Positions 25,498 to 35,012 are shown, counted from the stretch's first letter. The stretch: 42,789 nucleotides of DNA from a virus (IMGVR_UViG_3300017650_000015:1-42789), one strand, 5' to 3'. The notes: generated by a model not told the origin, from the letters alone. Program-made: numbers and translations.

Positions 25498-25766
25498 TGT
25501 GCCTCGGGTGGTTCTTCGGGAGGCGGGGCGAACGAGCGCCCACGCCGCGCGACGATGAGGTTCCGAGCATCCCAAGTGCCGAAGCCGAGGTAGCCAAGGA
25601 TTACCGAACCGGCGAGGCCGGCCACGGCCATCATCGACGTCTCTCGCACGCCATCGTCCTGGCCCCACACGATGATCCATGTGGCCGCAGCGGCACACCA
25701 GACGAGGACGAGACGAATGAGGAGCCATGGCCGGGTCCAGTCGGTATCCTTGGCCACTGGCGTCAC
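25494..25766 (-). CDS. Putative two-TM holin
   Basis: Two hydrophobic helices and a charged C-tail; directly upstream of the spanins. Confidence 0.7.
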   Translation of the reverse strand: MTPVAKDTDWTRPWLLIRLVLVWCAAAATWIIVWGQDDGVRETSMMAVAGLAGSVILGYLGFGTWDARNLIVARRGRSFAPPPEEPPEAQ

Positions 25767-26596
25767 ATGATGTTCGAGCGGGCGAGCTTCGCCTCCACGT
25801 CAGCGCGGAAGGCGGGGTCGCGGTTGTAGAGCGGGTTCTTCATGTCGGCCGTCAGCTCCTGCGTGGAGCGATAGACGTCCGTCGAGGTGCCCTTGCCGGT
25901 GCCTCCGGTTAGGAGTTCCGGCGCTCGGCCGACAGCCGCCTCGTATTTCGAGAACAGCGCCACGGCGGCGAGCTTCACCTTGGCGGGGTCGCCGCTCTCG
26001 GTGATCTCGTTGTAGGCGATCAGCTCTTCGCGGGGCACGTTGGCCGCAGCCCACGTCACCAGCTCGGCATACTTGGCCTCGCCGCCGATGGCCTCGAAGA
26101 CCGAGTTGCGGGCCGCTTCGGTGGCAGTCTCGGCCGAGGTGATCAGGCCGCTGATGTGCGCATCGACCACGGCGCGCGGGATGTTCTTCGCGGCCATCTC
26201 CGCATAGGAGGCGTCCGAGATTTTCCCGGTGTCGCGGTACTCGGCCTCGTACTTGTCATAGGCGAGACCGACCTCGGCGAGCGCGGCAGCGGCTTCGGCC
26301 TGCTGCGGCGGGACGTTGGCGTCCGCCTTATCGTCCGCCTTCGGGGCGCCCTTCTTGGCCAGCTCGTCATAGGAGGCGAGCAGCTCGTCATGCTTTATGA
26401 CGCCCTTCTCGGCATCCCAGAACTGCTCCGGGAGGTTCGCCGGGCGTTCGGCCTTCGTGGTGGTCGCCGGCTGCTCGACGCCCGTCTCGGGCGTCTGGGC
26501 CTTCTCGAACACCTCAGCCATCGCGGCGTCGTACTCGGGCGTGCCCGGCAGCGGGGCGACGATCAGGTCAGGAATGTTGTCCGGTGGGGTGCTCAA
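25763..26596 (-). CDS. Capsid scaffolding protein (gp9-like), TTG start
   Basis: IGGEAKYAELVTWA and DMKNPLY..DPAFRADVEAKL motifs. Confidence 0.93.
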   Translation of the reverse strand: MSTPPDNIPDLIVAPLPGTPEYDAAMAEVFEKAQTPETGVEQPATTTKAERPANLPEQFWDAEKGVIKHDELLASYDELAKKGAPKADDKADANVPPQQAEAAAALAEVGLAYDKYEAEYRDTGKISDASYAEMAAKNIPRAVVDAHISGLITSAETATEAARNSVFEAIGGEAKYAELVTWAAANVPREELIAYNEITESGDPAKVKLAAVALFSKYEAAVGRAPELLTGGTGKGTSTDVYRSTQELTADMKNPLYNRDPAFRADVEAKLARSNIM

Positions 26597-26604
26597 TGGG
26601 TGCC

Positions 26605-26718
26605 TCAGTGGGTGACGACGACGATCCCGAGCGGGTGCTCGGAGGCCGGCTTGGGGGTGGGTTCGGGGGTCTTCTCGGGCTCAGGCTCGGGGGCCTTACT
26701 GCGGGGCGCTTTGGCCAT
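26605..26718 (-). CDS. Small Pro/Glu-rich protein (37 aa, MAKAPRSKAPEPEPEKTPEP...VVVTH)
   Basis: Fills the portal-scaffold gap; AGGA upstream; absent from the ORF track. Confidence 0.55.
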   Translation of the reverse strand: MAKAPRSKAPEPEPEKTPEPTPKPASEHPLGIVVVTH

Positions 26719-28258
26719 CCTGCTGGTTCCTTGGGTCCATCTGGTCGCGGATGATGTTCATGCCGGACGGGCCGAGCTTCTCCATCATCGCCTGCATCTG
26801 CGCCTGCTGCTGGGCCTGAGCCTGCTCTTCCGGCGAGCGGACGAGGCCGCTCATGTCGATGCCGAGGGCGGTGCCGCGACGGGTGATATACTCGCCAACG
26901 TTCACAGCCTGGGCGAGCGCCTCAGGGCCGAAGAGCTGGCCGATGCCCTGCACGAGGGCGTCGAGCTTGTTGAGATCGTGGCCTCTGCCGAGGGCCTCCA
27001 AGCCGGTCGTGATGGCCGGACGGATGATGCCCTTGGGCAGGCGCGGAAGGCGCTTGCTCTGCTCCATGGTGGCCATGAGGTTGGTCACGAGGGGGAGCTG
27101 GAACTCCTGCGAGAGGAGCGAGTAGACGCCGCCGAAGCCATCATCGATCTCGCTGGCGACGAAGCGGATTTCCTCGGCCGTCACGCGCTCGCCGTTCCGT
27201 TGGACGGACGAGTTCAGCATGAAGGCCATCGAGAGGCGCTGCTCGATCCGCTGCACGGTCTCCATGGCGACACGGAAGTCGGCATACTTGTCGAGCTGGA
27301 GGACGCTGACGTCCTGCGCATTGCCCGACCGCACAGCGCCGGAGGGGGCCTCGGTCAGGGTCTTGAGGGACGTGGTGCCGTTGGGGTTCACGAGGAACAG
27401 CACCTTGGCGGCAGCGGCCGAACCCTCGACGATGGCCTTGGTCAGGGCCTCAAGCGACCTCAGGTCGCCGATGTGCTCCTCGACGAAGCCGCGTCCATAG
27501 CTCTCGCCGTCCACCGAGGTCCACCGGAGCGGTATCCACGGGCACTTGTCGAGCGGGTACCAGCCCACGGAGCCGGGCATGACAAGGCCCTTGATCTCCT
27601 GCCGGATGGTCCACTTGGTCGGCGTGCGTTCGATGATCGTGAACAGCTCAAGCGTCTTCTCGGGAGACTTGCCGTTCGACATCGTCTCCTTCTCCTTGGG
27701 GAGAGCGCGCTGGACCTCAGGCGGCAGCACGGACGCAGAGACGTTTTCCTTGGTGATGATCTGCAGGACGTTGCCCATCGGATCGCGGAGGATCACGTAG
27801 CGGTCGAGCGTGAAGACGCGCATGCCGCCCTTGGGCATCAGGAAGAGGAGGACGTTGCCGGCGACGATGAGCTGCTTGAGGGCCTCGAAGGCCTGCACGC
27901 GGATCGCCGTGGTTTCGATCTCGGTCTGAACCGAGCGTTCGATCTTGTTGAGGGTCTTTTCGACCTCTCCGCGCATCCCCTCGCGCTGCGTCATGCGCTC
28001 CAGCGTGAAGTCGTCGATGACGAGGCGGAAGAACGGGGAGTTGGGAGGGAAAAGGGCGAGGAGGAGCTTGGCCGCGAGGTTGTTGAGGCCACGGGCGCCG
28101 ATGCCCTGGAAGGGCTGGTAGAGATTGGTTGCTCCGGTGGTGCCCTCGGGGGGCATCAGGGCCGGGATTGTCAATCGCGACGCGGCGCGTGCGCGGGTCA
28201 GGAACGGGTGGCGTTCGCCCTCCAACTGGCTGTATCGGCCAGAGGCGGACAGGACCAT
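26696..28258 (-). CDS. Portal / head-tail connector (gp8-like)
   Basis: QGIGARGLNNLAAKL, GESYGRG and ERVTAEEI motifs. Confidence 0.98.
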   Translation of the reverse strand: MVLSASGRYSQLEGERHPFLTRARAASRLTIPALMPPEGTTGATNLYQPFQGIGARGLNNLAAKLLLALFPPNSPFFRLVIDDFTLERMTQREGMRGEVEKTLNKIERSVQTEIETTAIRVQAFEALKQLIVAGNVLLFLMPKGGMRVFTLDRYVILRDPMGNVLQIITKENVSASVLPPEVQRALPKEKETMSNGKSPEKTLELFTIIERTPTKWTIRQEIKGLVMPGSVGWYPLDKCPWIPLRWTSVDGESYGRGFVEEHIGDLRSLEALTKAIVEGSAAAAKVLFLVNPNGTTSLKTLTEAPSGAVRSGNAQDVSVLQLDKYADFRVAMETVQRIEQRLSMAFMLNSSVQRNGERVTAEEIRFVASEIDDGFGGVYSLLSQEFQLPLVTNLMATMEQSKRLPRLPKGIIRPAITTGLEALGRGHDLNKLDALVQGIGQLFGPEALAQAVNVGEYITRRGTALGIDMSGLVRSPEEQAQAQQQAQMQAMMEKLGPSGMNIIRDQMDPRNQQDGQSAPQ

Positions 28259-28262
28259 GGGG

Positions 28263-28484
28263 CTATCCGACCGGAATGTTCAGGCCGGTGCCGCCAGCGC
28301 CGCCGCCCGTCGAGAGCGGAATGCGGAGGGCATTGCGGCCCTTCTTCTTGGCGCGCTCGTTGGCCGTGTTCGAGTTGACCTCGGCCTGCGGGTCAGCCTG
28401 CGCAACCTGTGCGCTGGGCGCGGCGGGGGGCGGCGCTGCCGCTGGCGTCTCCACCTTGGGGACTTTAACTTTGCACATCGGCAC
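28263..28484 (-). CDS. Small virion assembly protein (gp7.3-like)
   Basis: KKGRNALRI..GG..GLNI C-terminus; precedes the portal. Confidence 0.8.
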   Translation of the reverse strand: MPMCKVKVPKVETPAAAPPPAAPSAQVAQADPQAEVNSNTANERAKKKGRNALRIPLSTGGGAGGTGLNIPVG

Positions 28485-28674
28485 CTTCGTCAGGACTGGT
28501 GATGGGGTTCTGCTGCTCGAAGACGAACCTCAGGTACCGGACGACCTTCCGCTCGCCGCCTCTCTCGCGGATGCGGTCGAGGGTCTCGGTGATGTCGGGG
28601 GTCTTCTCGGGGAAGGCGTTATCGAGGGCGATGAGAAGCTGCTCGGTGACGAGCGGGAAACGCGAAATGTCCAT
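28465..28674 (-). CDS. Conserved small late protein (gp6.5-like position)
   Basis: LDNAFP...G.RKVVRYL pattern; first gene after a phage promoter. Confidence 0.7.
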   Translation of the reverse strand: MDISRFPLVTEQLLIALDNAFPEKTPDITETLDRIRERGGERKVVRYLRFVFEQQNPITSPDEGADVQS

Positions 28675-28694
28675 GAAAATGGCGCCTAGGTTTC

Positions 28695-28711
28695 CTGGGG
28701 TGGGGGGTAAT
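28695..28711 (-). promoter_or_regulatory. Phage RNAP late promoter
   Basis: ATTACCCCCCACCCCAG between a terminator and the virion operon. Confidence 0.85.
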
Positions 28712-28723
28712 TGGCGGGGGCAG

Positions 28724-28744
28724 AAAAGGGGGCCGAAGCCCCCT
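28724..28744 (-). terminator. Terminator closing the replication module
   Basis: AGGGGGC-TTCG-GCCCCCT-TTT. Confidence 0.8.
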
Positions 28745-28752
28745 CTCCGTCG

Positions 28753-29322
28753 TCAGGGGAAGCGGTCGAGAACGCGCTTCGCGAGGTCTTCGAGCGTGCC
28801 GTCATTGACGATGGTCATGTCGAACTCGAAGTCGTCGAGCAGGCCCTCATAGCGGGAGTAACCGGCCCGCGAGGGGTTCGGTCGGTCCACGCGAACGGTC
28901 ACGCCACCAGCCGCGCGGATGGCCTCGAACTCGTTCGGGAAGCGCATGTCGTCGATCACGACGCGAGCGCCTGCGTCGATCATCTGCTGGGCTGTGGCCA
29001 TGGCCACCTTCTCCCAGAGCTTAGTGTCCACCGCCTCGCGGCCCCAATCAGTCCCGAGGGTCTGCATGAGGTGGCGCGGGGTGATGGTCTCGAAGCCGGG
29101 GATCACGGTCTCTTTGAGGTCGCCCTCAACCATCCGCTCGATGAGCCGATACGAGATGCTCATGGAAGCGAGGAGGCCCCGCGTCATGGCCTTGAGGGGG
29201 CCGGCGAACTTGACCGGCTCGAACCCGCGATGCCAGAGCATCTTCGCGACCTCGGACTTCCCGCTTCCCGCCTGCGAACTGTAGAGCCCGACTAGGGACG
29301 GCCACTTTTTCACGGGGTCCAT
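28753..29322 (-). CDS. Deoxynucleoside monophosphate kinase
   Basis: AGSGKS P-loop, FAGPLK, TPRHLMQTLGTDWGR, DMRFPNE. Confidence 0.93.
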   Translation of the reverse strand: MDPVKKWPSLVGLYSSQAGSGKSEVAKMLWHRGFEPVKFAGPLKAMTRGLLASMSISYRLIERMVEGDLKETVIPGFETITPRHLMQTLGTDWGREAVDTKLWEKVAMATAQQMIDAGARVVIDDMRFPNEFEAIRAAGGVTVRVDRPNPSRAGYSRYEGLLDDFEFDMTIVNDGTLEDLAKRVLDRFP

Positions 29323-30104
29323 AGGATCGGCTCCTTCTTCTGGAAGTCATAGTCGGAGGCGCGGAGGATGCGGGCGACGCGGGCCTGCGTGAGGGCCTCT
29401 TCCTCGCCGAGGCCGGCCTTCTCATAGGCTGCGACCACCTGCGTCCAGAGCCACTCGACGCGGGTCATCTCGGGATCGACAGGGCCGTCAGGCATGGCTG
29501 CGAGGATCTTCTCAGCCGCCTTCGGGCCGACGCCGGGACAGCCCTTGTAGCCGTCCGTCTGGTCGCCGATGAGCGTCTGGTAGAGGTGCCAGTAATCCGC
29601 CTCGTCCTCGGTGACGTTGACGATGCCGGTCTCAAGATCGCGGCAGTAGAGGCCGGGGATCGTCTTCATGTCCTTGTCGATGGACACGATGATCTTCTCG
29701 CCCTTGAGCTTCGGCCATGTGGCGAGGATGCCCATGACGTCGTCGCCTTCGAGGTTCGGTCGGAGGTAGGCTTGGCGTTCGCTGATCAGCCACTCGCGGA
29801 TCGCCTTGAGGACGAGCGGCTTCTTCACCTTGGCCCGGTTGCCCTTGTAGGTGGGCAGGACGGCCTTGCGGAAGTTGGTGTCGCTGTCGGTCAGGCAGAG
29901 CTTGACGTCGGTGGCTGAGAGCTTGTCCTTGAGGTAGGCGATCTCGGTGTCGATGGCGTCCCTCACCGCGAACTCGTCGCAGCTCCAGGTCCAGTAGCCA
30001 TCGCCCCAATCTGTCGCCACCTCGGCGGCGGACGCGCAGCTATATGCCAGCACGTCCGCGTCGATGAGGAGGATGCGGCCCCCCTCATTCGATGGGCGGG
30101 TCAT
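29310..30104 (-). CDS. 5'-3' exonuclease (gp6-like)
   Basis: LLIDAD, YKGNR, LEGDDVMGI, SIDKD, GDQTDGYKGCPGVG; SD GAGGA before MTRPSN. Confidence 0.95.
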   Translation of the reverse strand: MTRPSNEGGRILLIDADVLAYSCASAAEVATDWGDGYWTWSCDEFAVRDAIDTEIAYLKDKLSATDVKLCLTDSDTNFRKAVLPTYKGNRAKVKKPLVLKAIREWLISERQAYLRPNLEGDDVMGILATWPKLKGEKIIVSIDKDMKTIPGLYCRDLETGIVNVTEDEADYWHLYQTLIGDQTDGYKGCPGVGPKAAEKILAAMPDGPVDPEMTRVEWLWTQVVAAYEKAGLGEEEALTQARVARILRASDYDFQKKEPILWTP

Positions 30105-30354
30105 CCAGTGGTTCCTCATGGAGGTAGAGGTAGAGGGGCGTGACTTCGTCCCTGTACCGTGGGTGGAGGTTTTCGAGGGCAGCATCGGCGCTCTCGAAGT
30201 GGCGGGCGCCCTCCAGAGGTGCCCAGCCGCGATGACGGCCGGGCCACGCTCGGAAGAGCCCCGTGCGGGTGTTGTGAAGGACGACGATCAGCTCTCGTCC
30301 TCCATGCCCTTGAGCGCCCACAGGTGGCGCAGACCGAGCGGGGTGATCTTCCAC
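30085..30354 (-). CDS. Hypothetical protein, start uncertain
   Basis: Only frame filling the 30105-30290 gap; no clean ATG near its likely start. Confidence 0.45.
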   Translation of the reverse strand: MEDHPARSAPPVGAQGHGGRELIVVLHNTRTGLFRAWPGRHRGWAPLEGARHFESADAALENLHPRYRDEVTPLYLYLHEEPLDDPPIE

Positions 30355-30563
30355 TCGGAATTGTAGAAGCCGGCCGCGACCTTGGTGGTCAGGTAGCCGT
30401 CGCTCGCCGCCATGGCGATGAGGTTCGCGGCCTCGCGGGCGAAGTCGCTCTTGGTCGTGAAGGTGCCCTTCCAGGCACGGTAGAGGACGTCAGTGAGTGT
30501 CGGCCCAGTTGCGACCGACTTTACTTTCGCCGCCGATAGGGACGCGGAATTTGAAGTGTTCAC
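30288..30563 (-). CDS. T7 gp5.7-like protein
   Basis: SDFAREAANLIAMAASDGYL...W.IT..G.R.L matches the gp5.7 pattern; nearest start is GTG 30563 with GGAG, inside the polymerase gene. Confidence 0.75.
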   Translation of the reverse strand: MNTSNSASLSAAKVKSVATGPTLTDVLYRAWKGTFTTKSDFAREAANLIAMAASDGYLTTKVAAGFYNSEWKITPLGLRHLWALKGMEDES

Positions 30564-32589
30564 CTGCTTGCTCCATGGATTGGACGATGATCTTGCCGAC
30601 TGCATCAGCGATGTCCTCTTTGGTTTCGATCTGAAGTTCATCGTGGATGTGAGCGACAAGCGCCCAATCACGGCCGAATACGTGCCCTTGCTTCAGGAGA
30701 TTGTCGTATCCGAACACCGTTGCTTGCTTGGCGATGAGCGCCCCTGCGTTCTGCAGAAGGGTGTTCAGGGCCGAGTGAGCGGAGCGGACGTGGAGGATGC
30801 GACCGTCGAGCGCGCGGAGCTGTTTGGTCTCCTTGACGCGGGCCTTGACGTCTTCGAGCAGGCGGGCGAGCGCCGGGGTCTGCTTGAGGAAGCGGGCCTT
30901 GAGCAAGCCGCCCTTGACGACCGTGGCGATGGCGAGCTTTTCGAGGGGACGCTTGTCCTTCCTGAACCGCTCGACCGCACGGTCCCAGCGCGAGCGCTGC
31001 TTGGCGAGGTATTCGTCGGCCTCCTCAAGGGAGACGCCGACAATCGACCCGAGCTTCTCGTCGCCGGCCCCATAGAGGAAGGCGTAGATGAAGGTCTTCG
31101 CGATGTCGCGGCCCTTGGCGGTCTTGCCGAAGACGACGTAGGTGGCCTTGGGATCTAGCCCGAGTGCCCGTGCGTTCAGCGAGTGGACGTCGGTGCCGAG
31201 CGCAGAGCTTCCCTCGACCACGGCCTTGCCATAGGCGCCGCCATCGTAGCGGGCCATATAGTGGGCGAGGCAGCGCAGCTCGACGCCGGCCAAGTCCGAG
31301 CCGACCAGCACGAGGCCGGTGGAGGCGAGGAACAGCGAGCGGCATTCGAGCCCATAGGGGGAGCCCACCTTGGGCACCTGAGCGACGTTCGGGTTGCTGT
31401 GCGTGCAGCGCCCGGTCACCGCTCCGTTGGTGTTGACGGACCCGTGGATGCGCCCGTTGCGCTCCAGCCGGAGCCACGCTTGGTCACCCTCTGCGATCTG
31501 CCCGATCCGTTTCTCGACGAGGAAGTGCTCGGCGAGGACGGCGGCTTCTGGGAAGTCCAGCTTCGAAAGGATGGTTTCGTCGATCTTCGGCTGGCCGGAC
31601 GGAGTATACTCCATCGGCATCCAGCCCTTCTCGATCAGCCGCTCGGCGATCATCTGGCGGGACGAAGGGTTGAACTCGACGACGTGCTCCTTGATGAAGG
31701 GAACACCCTTCACGTAGCCGCGCGTCTTGTTGTTGACCTTCGGGATGAACTCTTCGCGGACGATCTTCGGCTTGAAGGTCTCCTGCAGCTTGCGGGCGAT
31801 CTCGAGCCGCTTCTTGACCAGCTCGGCATAGAGCCGCTGGGCGCCGGCAACGTCGAAGGCGAACCCTCGGCGCTCCTGCATCGCGATGATCTCGGCGAAG
31901 CGGTGTTCGAGATCGATGGCCTGCTGCGAGTAGTCCTGCTCGACGACCTTGCGCCAGAGCGCGTAGCCGACCTCGCCGTCCTGCATCACATAGTCCTGCA
32001 TCTCGGGGGACCACTGGTCCCAGATGCCGGGGAGCTGCTTGCCGTTGGCGTCCTTGCCGTACTCGCCCTTCATGAGCCCCATGCGGTAGCCCCAGGCTTC
32101 GAGGCTATGGGAGCCGATGAGCCGGCCGGGCATCTTGCCGGCGAAGGCCAGCCGCTGGTCGCCGTCGATCAGGTCGGAAAAGATCAGCCGGGTGCAGACG
32201 AGGGTGTCGGTGACCTTCCCCTTCGGCTTGAACCGGGGGTAGACCTTCTGCAGGGCCGGGCCGTCGAACTTGATCCAGTTGTGGCCGATGGTCTCGTCGG
32301 CCGCTTCGAGGCGTTCGAGGGCCATGGTGATCGGCCGGTGGCCTTCCTGATCCGCATAGCCGATGGCCTCTCCGGTGCGGGCGTCCTTGATGACGATGCA
32401 GTGGACCCGGTCGAGGGTTTCGAGGAAGCCGTTCGTCTCGATGTCGGAGACGAGGACGGTGCCGGTGATGGCCGGCGCTCGCTTGAGGGACTTAGGGGGG
32501 ATGGGGCGGGTCTGGGCGTGGCCCTTGGGGAACCACTCGCGAGCCAGCGCACCGGCCAACTTGCCGGTGGCGGTCGTTTCGTCAGTCAT
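30490..32589 (-). CDS. DNA polymerase family A with 3'-5' exonuclease (gp5-like)
   Basis: DIETNG, GHNWIKFD, HSLEAWGYR, DLAGVELR, AKTFIYAFLYG, HDE. Confidence 0.98.
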   Translation of the reverse strand: MTDETTATGKLAGALAREWFPKGHAQTRPIPPKSLKRAPAITGTVLVSDIETNGFLETLDRVHCIVIKDARTGEAIGYADQEGHRPITMALERLEAADETIGHNWIKFDGPALQKVYPRFKPKGKVTDTLVCTRLIFSDLIDGDQRLAFAGKMPGRLIGSHSLEAWGYRMGLMKGEYGKDANGKQLPGIWDQWSPEMQDYVMQDGEVGYALWRKVVEQDYSQQAIDLEHRFAEIIAMQERRGFAFDVAGAQRLYAELVKKRLEIARKLQETFKPKIVREEFIPKVNNKTRGYVKGVPFIKEHVVEFNPSSRQMIAERLIEKGWMPMEYTPSGQPKIDETILSKLDFPEAAVLAEHFLVEKRIGQIAEGDQAWLRLERNGRIHGSVNTNGAVTGRCTHSNPNVAQVPKVGSPYGLECRSLFLASTGLVLVGSDLAGVELRCLAHYMARYDGGAYGKAVVEGSSALGTDVHSLNARALGLDPKATYVVFGKTAKGRDIAKTFIYAFLYGAGDEKLGSIVGVSLEEADEYLAKQRSRWDRAVERFRKDKRPLEKLAIATVVKGGLLKARFLKQTPALARLLEDVKARVKETKQLRALDGRILHVRSAHSALNTLLQNAGALIAKQATVFGYDNLLKQGHVFGRDWALVAHIHDELQIETKEDIADAVGKIIVQSMEQAGEHFKFRVPIGGESKVGRNWADTH

Positions 32590-32620
32590 GGGGATTGCCC
32601 TCTCGCTGGAGTGGCGCAAC

Positions 32621-32647
32621 AAAAAACCCGCCGAAGCGGGTTGTTTT
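32621..32647 (-). terminator. C(UUCG)G hairpin terminator upstream of the DNA polymerase gene
   Basis: AACCCGC-TTCG-GCGGGTT-TTTT. Confidence 0.8.
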
Positions 32648-32667
32648 GATCGTCAGGTTGATGGGGG

Positions 32668-33033
32668 TCAGGAGTGCCGGTATCGGGTCCGGTAGGCGCG
32701 CTCCTCGGCCTCGCGCTGGCTCTCGCCCGGTAGGCGGAACTCGCGGAGCCACAGCAGGACGCCGAGCGGGGCATCGGTGTGCAGCTCGCCAGTCCTCGTC
32801 CAGCCGTCCGGCGAGTGCCGGAAGTGGACGTAGAAGCGGATGACGTGAGTGTCGAAGCGCCCGAGCTTGGAGCAGTCGGGGTAGGCATCAGGCGCCAGAG
32901 GGAATGGCGGCATGACGCCGACGTTGAAGGACGCCATGGTCTGGCCGTCCTTGTGCCGCAGCGGGCCGGGGATGTGCTTGGGGATGTGCCCGAGAAGCCG
33001 CTCGGGGTTCTTCGCGTCGCGGACTTCGATCAT
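32668..33033 (-). CDS. Hypothetical protein (about 121 aa)
   Basis: ORF between helicase and polymerase; start MIEVRD uncertain. Confidence 0.6.
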   Translation of the reverse strand: MIEVRDAKNPERLLGHIPKHIPGPLRHKDGQTMASFNVGVMPPFPLAPDAYPDCSKLGRFDTHVIRFYVHFRHSPDGWTRTGELHTDAPLGVLLWLREFRLPGESQREAEERAYRTRYRHS

Positions 33034-33041
33034 GGTTTCAT

Positions 33042-33314
33042 TCACGAGCAGTATTCCCGAGTTTGCTTCCAAAGAACTTCGCTTACGCGACCTTGGTTTA
33101 TCTCCAGCTTTGCAGCGATCTGGTGGTTGGCGAGGCGCTCACGGAAGTGGAGATGGAAGATTTTCTCCCGCACTTCCGGCGTCACCTTTCGGCTTACCGT
33201 TGGACTTCTCAGGTGGGACTGGCGCCGCTTCCGGTCCCTCAACTCCGTGATGACGGCAACAGCACCAGTCATTCCCTCGGCGGTGAGAGCCGCCACAGCG
33301 TCGTCAAACTTCAT
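33042..33314 (-). CDS. Small HTH-containing protein (90 aa), locally lower GC
   Basis: ANHQIAAKLEINQGRVSEVL helix-turn-helix pattern. Confidence 0.65.
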   Translation of the reverse strand: MKFDDAVAALTAEGMTGAVAVITELRDRKRRQSHLRSPTVSRKVTPEVREKIFHLHFRERLANHQIAAKLEINQGRVSEVLWKQTREYCS

Positions 33315-33338
33315 CTATTCACTCGTGCATAGGTTGGT

Positions 33339-35012
33339 TCAGAAGGGGATGTCGTCGTCATAGGCCGTGGTGCTGGTGGTCGAGGTGCCGTAAGCGGCCT
33401 CGTTCACGAACCCGGTGTCCTCGTCAGGGGAGACGGTCTCGAACAGCCGGCCCGTCTCGGTCTCGTATCCGAGGTAGACGGTCTTGCCGGTGCCGCGCCC
33501 GGTATAGCGATCCTTGAGAACCCGGAAGGTCGTGATGGATCGCCAGCGCTCGTCTTCGGCCTGCTGGTCGCGCTCAAGGCCGAACATATAGTGGCACCAG
33601 AAGCCGATGGCTCTGGAGCCCTTGAAGTGCCGGATCATCACGCGCCCGCCTTCCTCATGCGGCTTCCCTTCGGGGGTCGCGAGGTGGGAGACGAGGTGGA
33701 TGACGATGCCCAGCTCTTTCACGAGCGCGCCCATGTCGGCCATGATGGCTTCGAGGGCCTTGCGCTCGTCCTCGGCTGCGGCGGCGAGCGCCGTGAGGTG
33801 ATCGACATAGAACAGCCGGACGCCCTCAGAGTGCGCGAGGTACCGGATGGTCGAGGCGATGACCTCCCAATCGGTGGCGCCGAAGCTGTCATAGAAGAAC
33901 AGGTGGTCGTCGGCTTCGAGGCGTTCGATGACCTTGACCAGCTCGTCCTGCGTCCACGACCCGTCAGGGATATGGAACGCCTTGCCAGCGAACTTGCCGG
34001 CCACGCGCTTGGCGGTCTCGACCGGCTGCTGCTCCAGCATGAACAGCCCGACCTTCTCGTGCAGCACGTCCACGTCATACTGGATCTGCTGCGTCAGGAA
34101 GTCGGTCTTGCCGATGCCGGTGCCCGCGCCGAAGGCGTAGATTTCGCCCATGCGCCGGCCATAGGTGAAGCTGGTCAGGCTCTCCGAGAACCACGGAAGG
34201 CCCTGCGCCACGGGGGCGAGGACGCGCTCCTTGATGTCGCTGAGCTTGACGACGCCGTCCGGCCGATAGGGCTTGGCCTGCCAGATGGCGTTGATGATCT
34301 GCTCGCCCTTGCCGGCCTGCATCAGCTCGCTCGGATCTTTCATGGGGAGCGAGGCGAGCTTGCACTTGCCGGGCGGGAACAGCACGGCGCATTCCTTGGA
34401 AGCCGCCTGCCCCGGCTCGTCCATGTCGAACATCAGCACGACTTCGTCGAAGGTGCAGAGCCATTCGAGGTTGCGGGCGATGTCCTTCTTCGCCGCCTTC
34501 GAGCCCTTCGGGATCGACACGACGGGCCACTTGTTGCCCTGCATCTGGCTGACGGTCAGGCAGTCGATCTCACCCTCGGTGACAACGACCTTCTTCCCGC
34601 CTGAGCCCCAGAGGTGCTGGCCGAACAGCTCGACGTCCGACATATCGCCGGTCGCGAACATGCCGTCCTTGTCCTTGGGGCGGACCTTGGTGGCGACGAT
34701 CTCGCCGTCCCGGTGGTAGGGTGCGATCTGCACCATGCGGCCATCGCTGAGCTGGCCCACGCGGTAGCCGAACTTCCGGCATGTCTCCTCGGTAATGCCC
34801 CGCGAGCGGAGCGCCTGATAGTCGCCGTCATAGAAGAGGTTCGCGGCCATCTTGGGTCTCCTGGGGGATTGATGATCTGAGGCGCCGTCGCCCGGCTCGA
34901 AGTGCTCACAGCCGAAACAGAAGGCGTGGCCGTCCGAGTAGCGGGCGAGGTTGTTCCTCGACCCGCACGCGGGACACGGCTCCTTGCGAATGAAGGAGCT
35001 GTCGTCTTTCAT
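33339..35012 (-). CDS. Primase/helicase (gp4-like), with an in-frame internal start at 34850
   Basis: CPACGS..CFGC zinc finger, TEGEID TOPRIM, GTGIGKT Walker A, acidic tail DDDIPF. Confidence 0.97.
   Translation of the reverse strand: MKDDSSFIRKEPCPACGSRNNLARYSDGHAFCFGCEHFEPGDGASDHQSPRRPKMAANLFYDGDYQALRSRGITEETCRKFGYRVGQLSDGRMVQIAPYHRDGEIVATKVRPKDKDGMFATGDMSDVELFGQHLWGSGGKKVVVTEGEIDCLTVSQMQGNKWPVVSIPKGSKAAKKDIARNLEWLCTFDEVVLMFDMDEPGQAASKECAVLFPPGKCKLASLPMKDPSELMQAGKGEQIINAIWQAKPYRPDGVVKLSDIKERVLAPVAQGLPWFSESLTSFTYGRRMGEIYAFGAGTGIGKTDFLTQQIQYDVDVLHEKVGLFMLEQQPVETAKRVAGKFAGKAFHIPDGSWTQDELVKVIERLEADDHLFFYDSFGATDWEVIASTIRYLAHSEGVRLFYVDHLTALAAAAEDERKALEAIMADMGALVKELGIVIHLVSHLATPEGKPHEEGGRVMIRHFKGSRAIGFWCHYMFGLERDQQAEDERWRSITTFRVLKDRYTGRGTGKTVYLGYETETGRLFETVSPDEDTGFVNEAAYGTSTTSTTAYDDDIPF

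Noticed and set aside
33415-33430. Additional CUGACGA hammerhead core word
   Set aside because: Lies inside the helicase CDS without a matching stem II-GAAA arrangement
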